From Octopus bimaculoides (Eukaryota): a stretch of DNA of 64,000 bases. The stretch is taken from the NCBI RefSeq assembly GCF_001194135.2, contig NC_068998.1, positions 18,444,470 through 18,508,469 of the forward strand. The letters are read 5' to 3'. The notes beneath the pieces were generated by a model. It made no database searches. It saw only the letters and a program-made list of their open reading frames with translations, and was not told where the DNA came from. Shown here in pieces: positions 51,841 through 64,000 of the stretch. Every line of letters begins with the position of its first letter. Position 1 is the first letter of the stretch. The position numbers were made by a program, and so were the translations under genes.

Positions 51841-53664
51841 CTCTTGCAAATACTACACAAGTAAGTGATGAGCACAGATTCCATTTCAATATTTTCCCAT
51901 TCCTTGTAGCATGGCTTTCCATCTATATGCAAATAGGCAATTCAAGAAAGAAACTAAGAGTCGTGTAGACTGAGGAATATTTCCTTTATATCATTTCTCA
52001 CCAGGATATAACTTCACTGAATTGGTGGTATTTTAATCTCTTCTTGGTCATCATCTTTATGTTAACATTTCCTATTTTATTTCTATTTTACTCGCCAGAC
52101 CTGACATTCTGTTATATGTTTCATCTTTGTATATATTTTACTTCAGTCATTAGACTGTGGCCATGCTGGGGCACCTCCTTGAAGAATGTCTTTTTTAGTT
52201 GAATGAATCAACCCCAATAATGTTTATATTATATGAATCGGTTATATGGTATGTAACTGTATAAAGCTGCAGTATTGAATTCCTCCCATGAGCCTTTCAC
52301 TTATCAACCTCAATAAATCATTTGATAATAAATTTTATTATTTTTCATTTGAGGTTAGATTAACCTTTCAGAGTAATAGCATAGTTGAGATAACTAGTTT
52401 AGTTAAGAGGTCAATCACCTAGAGACAATTATCACAACCAAGAATACAAGTGGGTCATATCTGGGAGTAGCAGAAACATGTTTAGAAAGAGTTGAAGGAG
52501 TGGAAAAGTGCTGAGAAAAGTGGAAAATGACATGTAGTTTGGTGAGTCAGAAACAATGATTGAATTAAATATTGCCACAGAAATATAAAATTTAATAGAC
52601 ATTGCACCAGGCTCCAATCTGATCTGGCAGAGTTTCTACAGCTGGATGCCCTTCCTAACGCCAACCACTCCGAGAGTGTAGTGGGTGCTTTTACGTGCCA
52701 CTGGCACGAGGGCCAGTCACACGGTACTGGCAACGGCCACGCTTAAAAAGGTGTTTTTTTTCACGTGCCACCTGCACAGGAGACAGTCCAGCAGCACTGG
52801 CAACGACCTCACTCGAATGATTTTCTAATGTGCTNNNNNNNNNNNNNNNNNNNNNNNNNNNNNNNNNNNNNNNNNNNNNNNNNNNNNNNNNNNNNNNNNN
52901 NNNNNNNNNNNNNNNNNNNNNNNNNNNNNNNNNNNNNNNNNNNNNNNNNNNNNNNNNNNNNNNNNNNNNNNNNNNNNNNNNNNNNNNNNNNNNNNNNNNN
53001 NNNNNNNNNNNNNNNNNNNNNNNNNNNNNNNNTAGAAACTCTGCCAGATCAGATTGGAGCCTGGTGCAGCCTTCTGACTTGCCAGTCCTCAGTCAAATCG
53101 TCCAACCCATGCCAGCATGGAAAGTGGACATTAAATGATGATGATGAATAACAGAACACAACAGCTAATGTTGATTTACAAAGATACACAACTACAACTT
53201 TTTCTATAAAGCTGTAGAAAAAGTGATTCTAAAGGATCCAGGCACAAACTGAAACAGAACATTTGAATGTAATTTTCAATCCCACTGAGAATTTTAAGCT
53301 TTTGCATTTAAACTGGCCATATCTGGCCCAAATATTCTGCCTGTTTTATATTCAAATTGGCCAAATCTGGCATTTCATACCTATCCTACAATGTCATTCT
53401 AAAAATATACTATCGCATCATCAAAATCTCAAAGCTACAGGATAATACAAGATCAATTCAAAACATCATCATCATTTAAAGTCCACTTTCCATGCTGGCA
53501 TGGGTTAGACGGTTTGACATGGAGCTGGCTAACAGGAAGCTGTCCAGATTCCAGCTGTCTGTTGGGGCATGGTTTCTTTGGCTGGATGCCTTTCCTAATG
53601 TCAACCACTTAACAGTGTGTTGGGTGCTTTTTATATGCTATTCATTTGACAAAGTAATCTGAAC

Positions 53665-53695
<31 letters not shown>

Positions 53696-54199
53696 TGTAT
53701 GTATGAATGTATGCAAGTGAATAGATATCCAAAAAGTAACTAAAATCAAAATCTAGAAGTATATCAATATATAAAATATGCTAGGTCTCTTTGTATATAC
53801 ACACACACACACACACTCACATTTATTTGTGAGCAACACTTTAGCATTTGAAGCTGTTGAATTCATTCCAATTTACAAGTTTTATTTTTTCTAAATCATT
53901 CGCCACAAACTGGAGTTTGTTTATTTTTTGCATTTGTCTGATAATGCTTAATGGAATAGTTTCCTAATTTTCAAACAGCATTTCTACTCTCATGCTATAA
54001 CAGCATCTGTATTTAGTTTTTCTGTATGTCTCTTGTAACTGAAAATTCATTCAAATTTTATCTAGGTAAAAAAAGACTCCCTTCGGTCATGAATGACCAC
54101 AGGATTGCACCTAAAAAGTTCCCCTCTGAGACACAAGTTCAGGGAGGGTTGTTTGTGGAAGACCAGCAGTCACTCATGCATGTCAGTCTCCCCTCTCCA

Positions 54200-54845
54200 T
54201 CACTGGCACAGCCATAACAACGACTTCACTTGGCTTGATGAGTCTTCTCAAGTACAGCAAATCGCCAAAATTCATGATTGCTTGTCATCACCTCCGATCA
54301 TGCTTCACCACCTCATCCCATGTCTTCCTGGGTTTACCTCTTCTGCAGGTTCCCTCCATAGAAATCATGCCATGGAGCCTGAACAGTCATTCAACTAGTC
54401 AGCTTCTGTCAAACTGTCCAACCCATGACAGTGTAAAGAACGGATATTAAATGTTGATAACTCTTTTACTTGTTTCAGTCATTTGACTGTGGCCATGCTG
54501 GAGCACCGCCTTTTAGTCGAGCAAATCGACCCCAGGACTTATTCTTTGTAAGCCTAGTACTTATTCTATCGGTCTCTTTTGCCGAACCGCTATGTTACAG
54601 GGACGTAAACACACCAGCATTGGTTGTCAAGCGACGTTGGGTGGGACAAACACAGACACACAGACATGATATATATATATAGATGAGCTTCTTTCAGTTT
54701 CCGTCTACAAAATCCACTCACAAGGCTTTGGTCAGCTCGAGGCTATAGTGGAAGACACTTGCCCAAGGTGCCACGCAGTGGGACTGAACCCAGAACCATG
54801 TGGTTTGTTAGCAAGCTACTTACCACACACCCACTCCTATGCCTG
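54200..54845 (-). mobile_element. RTE ORF 3' fragment (54200-54450) plus family A SINE (54460-54845)
   Basis: Minus-strand GTCRRGKPRKTWDEVVKHD, then a canonical family A sequence. Confidence 0.75.
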
Positions 54846-55672
54846 ATGATGATATTATATGGATGATAATATTTTCAGCCAAGAAGTTCCAATTGTATCT
54901 GATTTTTAAAGTGCTTCAGTTCTGCGGCTATACATATATTTACTCAATTACAGACATTTATCAATAGTTTCTCCCATTGTTTTGATGCACCATTTTCTAT
55001 TATTTATAAAACTATCAGCATTTAGATAAATAACAAAACACAATCAAAACAAACTCACGACTGTCTGCATCAGAATCATTGTTTCTCTTTCCCCAATGAA
55101 AGATTTGTGCTTGAAATGGAATTTCCCATTCACAACAGCTACAATCTTAAATAATTTTACAACTAAATAATAGATGTTTTAATAAGATCATTGCAATTCA
55201 GCTCTCTCCATTTTGAGTTCATATTCTGCTGAGCTAGAGTACCAGTCAAATACTTGGGTCAATACAATCGACCTGCCCCCTATCCCCCAACACACTGGCC
55301 AAGTACCAAAATATGAAAGAATTATTGTTCTTGTTGCTACTGCTGCTGTTATCAGCATTGTTAGAGCCGTTTTTGTGAAAGATTAGAAATTAAGAGCTTT
55401 GTAACAGTGTAGCAATGCATGGGGAATAACTCTTCAATCCTTTTCACAAACTCCACTGTCCTAATTGCTATGTTAAGAGCAAGAAAAACTGAAGCCCTAT
55501 CTTAATTTTTAATTAGAGACCAGGACTAATTTTTGTGAGAGAAAAATTAGCATTATTATCTTCATTACAACTGCCATTGTATCATCATCATCCTCACTAA
55601 CACTATGTTTTATAACTTCCATTTGTTACATATTATTATTATTCATTTATGTTTTTTATTTTTAAGGTGGCA

Positions 55673-55876
55673 AGCTGACAGAAGTGTTAGCATGCCAGGT
55701 GAAATGCTTTGCAGCACCGTGTCTGTCTGCATGTTATGAGTTCAAATTCTGCCAAGTCGACTTCGCCTTTCATCTTTCCGGGGTCGATAAATTAAGTACC
55801 AGTGAAACACTGGGGTCAATGTAATTGACTAGTCTCCTCCCCTAAAATTTCAGGCCTTGTGCCTTTAGACGAAAGG

Positions 55877-55911
<35 letters not shown>

Positions 55912-56376
55912 CATCATCATATTAAGGCAGGAAGCTGGTAGAATCATTAGCATGCTGGGCAAAATGCTTAGCAGCATTCTGTCCATCTTTATGTTCTGAG
56001 CTCAAATTCCACCACGGTCAACTTTGCCTTTCATCTTTATGGGGTTAATAAAATAATTTCCATTCAAACAATGTAATTGACTTACCCCCACCCCTAACTT
56101 GCAGGCCTTGTGCCAAAATTTGAAACCATTATTATTATTAAGATGGTGAGCAGGCAGAATCATTAGCATGCTGGGCAAAATGCATAGAAGCATTTTCTCT
56201 GTCTTTGCATTCTGAGCCTAAATTCTGCCAAGGTCAACTTTGCCTTTCATCCTTTAGGGATCAGTAAAATAAGTACCAGTTTGAACACTGAATTTGATGT
56301 AACCAACTTAACCCCTTCCCTGAAATCAGTGGGCTTGTGCCAAAATCTGAAATTACTACTACTACTACTACTACTG

Positions 56377-56417
<41 letters not shown>

Positions 56418-56437
56418 NNNNNNNNNNACTACTACTA

Positions 56438-56472
<35 letters not shown>

Positions 56473-56685
56473 ACTACTACTACTAAAGCAGTGAGCTAGC
56501 AGAATCATTAGCATGCCAGGAAAAAATGCTCAGTGGCATTTTGTCTGTCAATATGGTTTGAGTTCAAATTCTACCAAGGTTGACTTTGCCTCTCATCCTA
56601 GTACCAGTTCTGTGCTGGGGTTGATGTAATTGACTAACTCCTCTCCACAAAAATTTCAGGCCTTGTGTCTATTATACAAAGGATT
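55673..56685 (+). mobile_element. Head-to-tail array of four family B SINEs separated by (ATT)n, (CAT)n and (ACT)n/(GCT)n
   Basis: Copies at about 55673-55880, 55922-56130, 56138-56355 and 56484-56685. Confidence 0.85.
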
Positions 56686-57292
56686 ATGCCAGTATAGAAA
56701 ACAGACATTTGATGATGATAGTAGTGGTGGCAGCGGCGTTGGTGGTGGCAGTGGTGATGATGATGGTGGTGATGATGATGGCTTGCTTACACAAACATTG
56801 TAATTATGTGCAAAACAGAGCATTCATAATTACAAAAGATATAATTACAAAATTTCATTCACACTACAAACTAATTTCTCACACAAAGACAAGAGTAGCT
56901 TAATTCTTACAAAGGGAGACATAATCAACTAAATCAATGCCAGCCTAACATTATTCTTTACTTATTGATTCTTTGAAAAGAGATTAAAAATCAAAGTTAA
57001 TCCTGTTATGATTTGAGCTTAAACCAATGTAAACAAACACAAATACTGCATAATGCTTAATTTGGTAGACTTCTATCTCAGCTATATTCTTGGTCTTAGG
57101 TTCAAAATATTTCCAATCAATAAAAATGTCACTTTTTTTTTTGTTTGATGTTAGACATTATAAACAATTTCAGAAAATGCAAGTAATAAGCCCATCAACA
57201 TTACTCAAACCATAAATCTACAGCTTGCTGATTGCCCATATTAGCAGTTACACAACATAGCTCTTGTCAATTCTCCTCAAATAAGATATATT

Positions 57293-57471
57293 TAGGCACA
57301 GACATGGCTGTGTGGTTTAGAAGTTTGCTTCCCAACCATATGGTCTTGGGTTCAGTCCCACTGCACAGTAAGTACCTTGGGCAATTGTCTTCTACTATAG
57401 CCCCAAGCTGACCAAAGCCTTCTGAGTGGATTTGGCTGACAGGAACTGAAAAAAAGCCTGTCATATAAAGG

Positions 57472-57510
<39 letters not shown>

Positions 57511-57760
57511 CACCTTGACTTGGCATTATGATGATTATAAATGAGTATCACCATCATACAAGCAATGTTGTTCGTTTCCAATCTTCCATGAAGAACATGC
57601 CTGGCCATGAGGAAATATTATCTCACTTGGAAACAGATAAGAGTTAGCAACACGAAGGGCCTTCAGCCATAAAAAAATCTGCCTCAACAAATTCCATCTA
57701 ACTCTTGCAGTGAGTATTAAAGGATGACAATGACAATTATGATGATGATGATGATGGTGA
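57293..57760 (+). mobile_element. Family A head/centre with an alternative RTE-like (GAT)n tail
   Basis: Canonical family A up to the (TG)n, then unrelated sequence ending aagggccttcagccataaaa..atctgcc...gatgatgatg. Confidence 0.6.
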
Positions 57761-58299
57761 TAACAAAGTCACATAGCTATAGGGGAGATGATATTAGGTT
57801 TTGCAATACTCATATAGTTCTCCAAGAACAATAATGGCATAAATGAAATTATATGGATGCAGTCAGCAATTGAAACTAGATCATAGTCTTCAGGCTGCCA
57901 GGCGCTCACCTAAAGAGCCAAACATTATAACCAGCAGTTAGATTGAAGACTATGGAATCCATCACTTTTTGTAAGGTCTTCAAAAGTTTTAAGTAGTTCA
58001 GACCAAGTCATAGCATTCTATTGGAACTTTGCCAAGTTCTTTGTCTTCAGAACTGTACTGATATGGTAATTCTTTCCTTCCCCTCCAATTATTAACCTGC
58101 AAGACTTCAAATTAAATATTAACAACACAACTATCAGTTATTTCTATCTTTCTTTGTGAGGACATCTGAAAAAATAGACACGGCAACCTCACACCTTCAA
58201 ACTAATGTCTATGAGAAAAGTTATTAAACAGATGTGAACAACTATGGAATTTATAGGCGCAAACATGGCATAGGCGCGGGCATGGCATAGGCATAGCAT

Positions 58300-58715
58300 A
58301 GGTGCAAACGTGGTTGTATGGTAAGAAGCTTGCTTCCCAACCACATGGTTCTGAGTTCAGTCTCAGTGCATGGCACCTTGGGTAAGTGTCTTCCACTATA
58401 TCCTCGGTTGACCAAAGCTTTGTGAGTGTGGATTTTGTAGATAGAAACTGAAAGAAGCCCATCATATATATGTGTGTGTGTATGTGTGTGTGTGTGCGTG
58501 TGTGTGTCTTTGTGTCTGTGTTTGTCCCCCACCACCACTTTTCAACTGGTGTTCGTGTGTTTACATCCCTATAACTTAACGTTTTGGCAAAAAGAGACCA
58601 ACAGAATAAGTACTAGGCATAAAAAAATTAAGTCCTGAGGTTGATTTGTTCAACTAAAGCCCTTAAGGAGGTGCCCCAGCATGGCCGCAGTCACATGATT
58701 GAAACAAGTAAAAAG
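58300..58715 (+). mobile_element. SINE family A copy (another at 63160-63545)
   Basis: Head and tail motifs. Confidence 0.8.
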
Positions 58716-59791
58716 TAAAAGATTAACTATGTAAAAATAAGCAGAAACCAAATTTGCAGCAGGGCCAGGATTTCACTAAATAAATTGTCTGGGCCAGTCT
58801 TCAATTACTAAAAGTTATATCTATACATCATCATCATCTTCATGGTGAAAATAAAATAATTATGAAAGTAAAATAAGAACCTATACATTTATATTTACAC
58901 TAAATAACCTGCAATTAATTAATTAACTACTGCTAGACTATAATTAAATCTGCCTACAATTAATTCCAATGTTAAATTTTTTTAAAGACGTACATGAATA
59001 TTTCCTTTCTCCCTCTCTTTCTGTTATTTATTTGATCAACCTCAATGTTAAGCAGACTTTACATAAGATAATGATTATGATGATGATGATGATAAATCTC
59101 TTCTTTATTGTTGACCACTATCAATATAGCCATCATCATCAACAACAACAACAATTTGAGTTCTACTCTTACTTGGTAGTACAGTTTGAATTGGCCCACA
59201 GTGTAGCTCCTTTCTATCTTGACCCAGAACCATATCATGCAAGAGGCCTAGATTGCAGTTTTCTGCAATATTCTGCAATATTAAGGTGGCAGGCTGGCAG
59301 AAACGTTAGCATGCCAGGTGAAATGCTTAGCGGTATTTCATCTGTCTTTACATTCTGAGTTCAAATTCTGCCGAGGTTGACTTTGCCTTCCAAGAAGTAG
59401 TGGTGGTTTGAAACAGTTTAATGATCATCGTCATCATCATCATCATCATCATCATTTAATGTCTGTTTTTTCCATGCTAGCATTGATTGGGCGGTTGGAC
59501 AGGAGCTGGCAAGTCAGGAGATTGCACCAAGTTCAACTGTCTGCTTTCATATAGTTTCTAGGGCAGGATGCCCTTCCGGCACCAGCACCAGTGAGGTCAC
59601 CAAATAACTTACAAGACAAGACACCTTCAACTGTGGAGGTGATGAGAAGTTAAGAGTATAGGTAGAGGGACAGAAGTAGGCATCTTGCAGTAGAAGAGAC
59701 ACATGGCTACTTCAATAGGAGAGAGGGAGGTGGGGAGAAAGAGAAAGATGAGAACACTTATTTAAATTCATAAAAATCAAAAACTACTTAC

Positions 59792-59898
59792 TCTTTTTCT
59801 CATCAGTAGAAGGTGGAATGTAACTGCTGGTAAATACAATGAATTCTAAGCTTTTATTTATGCTTAGAGTACTCAGTAAAGGTTTCCAGTCATTTAAC
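59792..59898 (-). CDS. CEP78: CEP78 coding exon 2 (LNDWKPLLSTLSINKSLEFIVFTSSYIPPSTDEKK)
   Basis: Acceptor ttttatttag, donor A|gtaagt. 107 nt, phase 2 in / phase 1 out, fitting both neighbours. Matches CEP78 DWAPLLSTLKINKDL. Confidence 0.92.
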
Positions 59899-60739
59899 CT
59901 AATAAAACAGAAACAAAATTATTTTTCAAATTATTTCTTTTAAGTGAGAAAAAGTCAATCAAATTTACCTTAAATTTCAAAGGGGATTTGAAGGTGCCAG
60001 TAAGTTTGGATTATTGTGTAGAACGGAAATGTATGGAATGGAAAAAATTCAGTCAAACACTGACTCAGATGATTGGGTATGGGTGTCTGGACACTGACGA
60101 TTTGGCATGGGTTTGACTCTGTTTTGTTGACAGTACATATTCACACTGGATCAAATACAAACACACACAGATAGAGAAGGAGGGAGAGAAAAGGACATTG
60201 TTCTCTTTCCTCATATATACAAAGAGAAATAATCTCACACACAAACAGAGAGCATGGCAGTAGGGTGGTGAGACAATCATTCAAACAAGAGAAACATTAA
60301 AAACACCTGATGTCAAATAAGTCAGTGTCAAATCTACAATGTCAAATAGGCAGCACCAAAATGGCTGTGCCAAAATGTCTCATGTTCACAGCCAAAAATC
60401 CTTCCTCTCTCTCTCTCGCCCTCTCAGGGAAAGGCATGTATTTACCTCTTCAGCAAGACACCCGTCCCTGACCTTCTATTATACTTTCAGCTCCTTCAAT
60501 ACTATCTATATCTCACTCAGTTAAGGGCTGTCTTGTCTTGCAAGTACTTGCTAACCTCACTAGTGCTGGTGCCATGAAAAAAAAATACCTAGTACACTCT
60601 GTAAATCAGTAAGCATCAGGGAGGGCATCCAGCTGTAGAAACCATGCCAAAGCAGACATTGGGGTATGATGCAACCCTCTGTCTGATTGGTTCCTGTCCA
60701 ACTGTCCAATCCATACCAGCATGGAAAAAGGGACATTAA

Positions 60740-60778
<39 letters not shown>

Positions 60779-60894
60779 GTGATATGTAATGCTTACACAT
60801 CATAATGACAAGTAGAAAACTGCTAGGAAGATAGCATTTCTGTTAGTTATTAACAATATTGATGAAGTCAATGTCGTCATCTAAATAACATTAA

Positions 60895-61112
60895 CCCTTT
60901 TGACACCAACCTGCCTGAGAATGCCTTGGTTCTACAATGCATACTTCCTGTTTTAATGTGATCTAAATCAAAACCTTGCATCAAAATTTCATGTTAGTTT
61001 ATGTTCCAAGCACCAGCTTAATAACAAAATTATTACACTAATTTCTTCATTATTTTTAAAATTAAATGAAACAAAACTAGTGTACGTCAAGAGAAATATG
61101 GTAACAAAAGGA
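60895..61112. mobile_element. piggyBac-type MITE family 2
   Basis: TTAA-cccttttgacacc ... ggtaacaaaagga-TTAA. Confidence 0.6.
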
Positions 61113-61198
61113 TTAAAATAGTCAATAGCATCATTTTCTAAAAAAGAAAAAAACATTGCTAATGTTGTATATGATGTCAGTGAAACTCCTGCAGTTAA

Positions 61199-61475
61199 CC
61201 CATTACCTCCCATAATTCTATTAACTGGAATTTTTTTATGAAACTTTGATTTCTAGCATAAAACAGCCTTAGAAACACGCTAGAATGATTAAAATAACAT
61301 TTTAAATAGAAATAAGCGAGAAATTGGGTGAAAAATTAGCAAACCTCATTTGAATATCAGAGGAATATACCTAGTAGATATAGCAAAAAGATTAGATATG
61401 CGTAAATATTGACAGATAATTACGAAATTTGTAATTTTTAAGTGATCTCATATGAGATCACTGATAGGTAATGGG
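61199..61475. mobile_element. piggyBac-type MITE family 3
   Basis: TTAA-cccattacct ... aggtaatggg-TTAA, a perfect 10-bp TIR with TTAA at both ends. Confidence 0.7.
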
Positions 61476-62080
61476 TTAATTATGAAACCCACTCCAACCT
61501 ACCATCCTGTCTTTTTGATTAAATGGTTGACAAATGCACCCAGCCTATAAAATAAACTAAACATTAGTAACTATTCTTTGATGAAGACATACTGGAATAC
61601 TCTTACTTAGTTGTGTGTGTACACAAGCTTCACAACCCAAGCATGCAAGTTGTGCAACCAGTATGCAAATGAAAGTAAACCTATGCAACCACTACACCAG
61701 ATAAATTACACAAAAAATGCATTTGTTGGACATTCATCACAGTAAATGACTTAACAGTATATTGACTAAGCTGTATTTTCATACCTATTTTTTTTTAACA
61801 CTTAAACAATATTTAGTAATTATACATACTAAATTATCTTTATATTTTTAGATTTACACGCAAGCTAGAATTCAATGTAGATAGCTATTGTGAAATTTCT
61901 ACACATGTAGACTGATCAGAAATTACAAATTACTGATACTTATACACAGACATGTCAGTATTGAAATTAAAGCAAACAAATATTTACATTATTTCTTTGA
62001 AGTCAGCTCTAGATTTTAGAACAAAGGTAAATGCAGAAATATTAATTAGAGTTTAAAAATAAAAACAAAAAAAAAATTAC

Positions 62081-62229
62081 CTTATCCTATCAGCATTGAG
62101 GTCTAGGATTCCTTGAGGAAGATGTGCTTTTACTGCAGAAAGTGGATAAGAATTACTGAGAGAACAGACATTGTCATAATAGGTTTCAAAATCATAAGCC
62201 CCTCTCTGTCTAGCCTGTACACCTTCCAT
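62081..62229 (-). CDS. CEP78: CEP78 first coding exon (MEGVQARQRGAYDFETYYDNVCSLSNSYPLSAVKAHLPQGILDLNADRI-R)
   Basis: Manual translation. Acceptor ttttaatcgcag (exon starts 62242), ACCATGG start, donor AG|gtaatt, phase 2. Resembles the human CEP78 N-terminus as recalled ([38 protein letters not shown]). Confidence 0.92.
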
Positions 62230-62403
62230 GGTAATCGAACACCTGCGATTAAAAGAATAAAAATTATTTAAAGAAAAATATTATACAGAATGATAAGTTA
62301 AATTATTTATTTTATTTATCAAAGTATAATTTGAGTGGAACATATTCTTAAAAAGAAAAAAGTCATTAATACAGAATTACAAATAAAAAGATAGCATATG
62401 ATA

Positions 62404-62841
62404 CAGGTTTCAAATTTTGGCACAAGGCCTGCAAAGTTCAGGGGGTAGGTTAAGACGATTACACTGACCCAAATGATCAACTGGTACTTATTTTATCAAC
62501 CCACCAAAATGATGAAAGGCAAAGTCGACCTTGGCAAAATTTGAATTCAGAACTAAAAGACGAATGAAATGCCACTAATCATTTTGCCCAGCATGCAAAT
62601 AATTCTGCCAGCTCACCACCCTTAATGGTGTCAAATTTTGGCACAAGGCCTGCAAGCTTAGGGGAAGGGTCTGAGTCAATCAGATTGACTCCAGTACCCA
62701 AATGGTATGCAATTCATCAACACTGAAAGGCTGAAATGCAAAGTCGGCCTCAGTAGTATTTGAACTCAGAACGAAAAGACGGATGAAGTGCTGCTAAGTA
62801 TTTTACCCAGCATACTAACAATTCTGTCAGTTTGCCACCTT
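62404..62841 (-). mobile_element. Two tandem family B SINEs just upstream of the first CEP78 coding exon
   Basis: Copies at about 62404-62623 and 62627-62841. Confidence 0.75.
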
Positions 62842-64000
62842 AAATAGTGTATGAAATTATTAATAGAAACAGCAATTTTATCATTATTTTGTCTAAAGAG
62901 GTGAGGCCAATATATGAAATACTCTTGGAGTAGAAAAGCTGGGAAATGTGTATGGTTTGTGCAGTTAACATAGAAATTTACAAGTTGGATTTTAGTGAAA
63001 ATTACAATCTGAGAGTGTCCAGAAGTGATCAGTGCAAGGACAAACCTAAGGGACAAATAAGGGAAGCTCTGTTGATGCTGAGGATCAAAGACAAAGCTTT
63101 GCTCTGGATATGAGAACTGTACAACACCAAAGTAAGGCATATTATAAAAGTCAACAACAACCCATGTGTGGTAAGAAGTTTATTTCCCAACCACAAGGTT
63201 CTGGGTTCAGTCCCACTGCATGGAACCTTGGGCAAGTGTCTTCTATTATAGCCTCAGACCGACCAAAGTCTTATAAATGAATTTGGTTGACAGAAACCGA
63301 AAGAAGCTTGTTGTGTGTGTGTGTGTGGGAGGGGTGTCTTTGTGTGTGTTTGTCCCTTATCACCATTTGAAAACCAGTGTTAGTGTGTTTATATCCCTGT
63401 AGTTCAGTGGTTCAGCAAAATAGACTGATAGAATAAGTACCAGACTTAGAAAAATAAGTCCCAGGGTCAATTTGTTCAATTAAAACCCTTCAAGGCAGTG
63501 CTGAAGCATGGCCATAGTCAAACGACTAAGATGAGTAAAAGATAAAATATTTTGGTATGTCTGAAAATATGAAGCTTCCACGAAAGATCAGTGAAGATGA
63601 TAAATCTTGGAATATATACAAGTAAGCTTTGAGGTTAATAACTGTCTGAGGAAATATGTGGTGTGTAAATTAAGAAGAAACCTTTCAAGCTACTGTTGAA
63701 TTTTATTTAACCAGTTTCACTAAACTTAAAAACATTTCCTAACAATTTTTGATGCCAATGATATTGGATAGACACCTACGTAGGTTTTCTCTAATTGTCA
63801 TTCACATATAATATACAAGCCTCAACTGGTCATTGATCTGGGTTTTAGTGAACTCTGAGAAGTATTTTAACAGCTCAGTTATTTGCTGAATACAAATGTG
63901 ATTAACAGCAAAAACATTGGCAGTATTTATTTTGATATATATGACTTGAATAGTTCAGTCTAATAACTTCAAGAATTTTTTAAAAATTTCTTACAGTATA

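Overview
AT-rich, microsatellite- and SINE-dense eukaryotic DNA with seven N-gaps. The repeat families look like octopus/coleoid cephalopod (inferred, not database-checked). The window is almost entirely intronic sequence of a minus-strand CEP78 (centrosomal protein 78 kDa) gene. Four coding exons are readable with canonical splice sites and consistent phases (62229-62081, 59898-59792, 48138-47969, 35691-35588). One phase-required exon is missing and probably lies in the 40516-41239 gap, and no further exon was recognised in the 35 kb below 35588. On the opposite strand sits an uninterrupted 247-aa ORF (12475-13218) for an unrecognised single-pass membrane protein with transmembrane-adaptor-like features; this is the most novel item. 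The rest is transposon material: several SINE families (including head-to-tail arrays and inverted pairs), RTE, R4/Dong-like, Tx1-like and Penelope-like fragments, a gypsy remnant, Tc1/mariner and pogo elements, and piggyBac- and hAT-type MITEs. TE boundaries are approximate unless a TIR or TSD is quoted.
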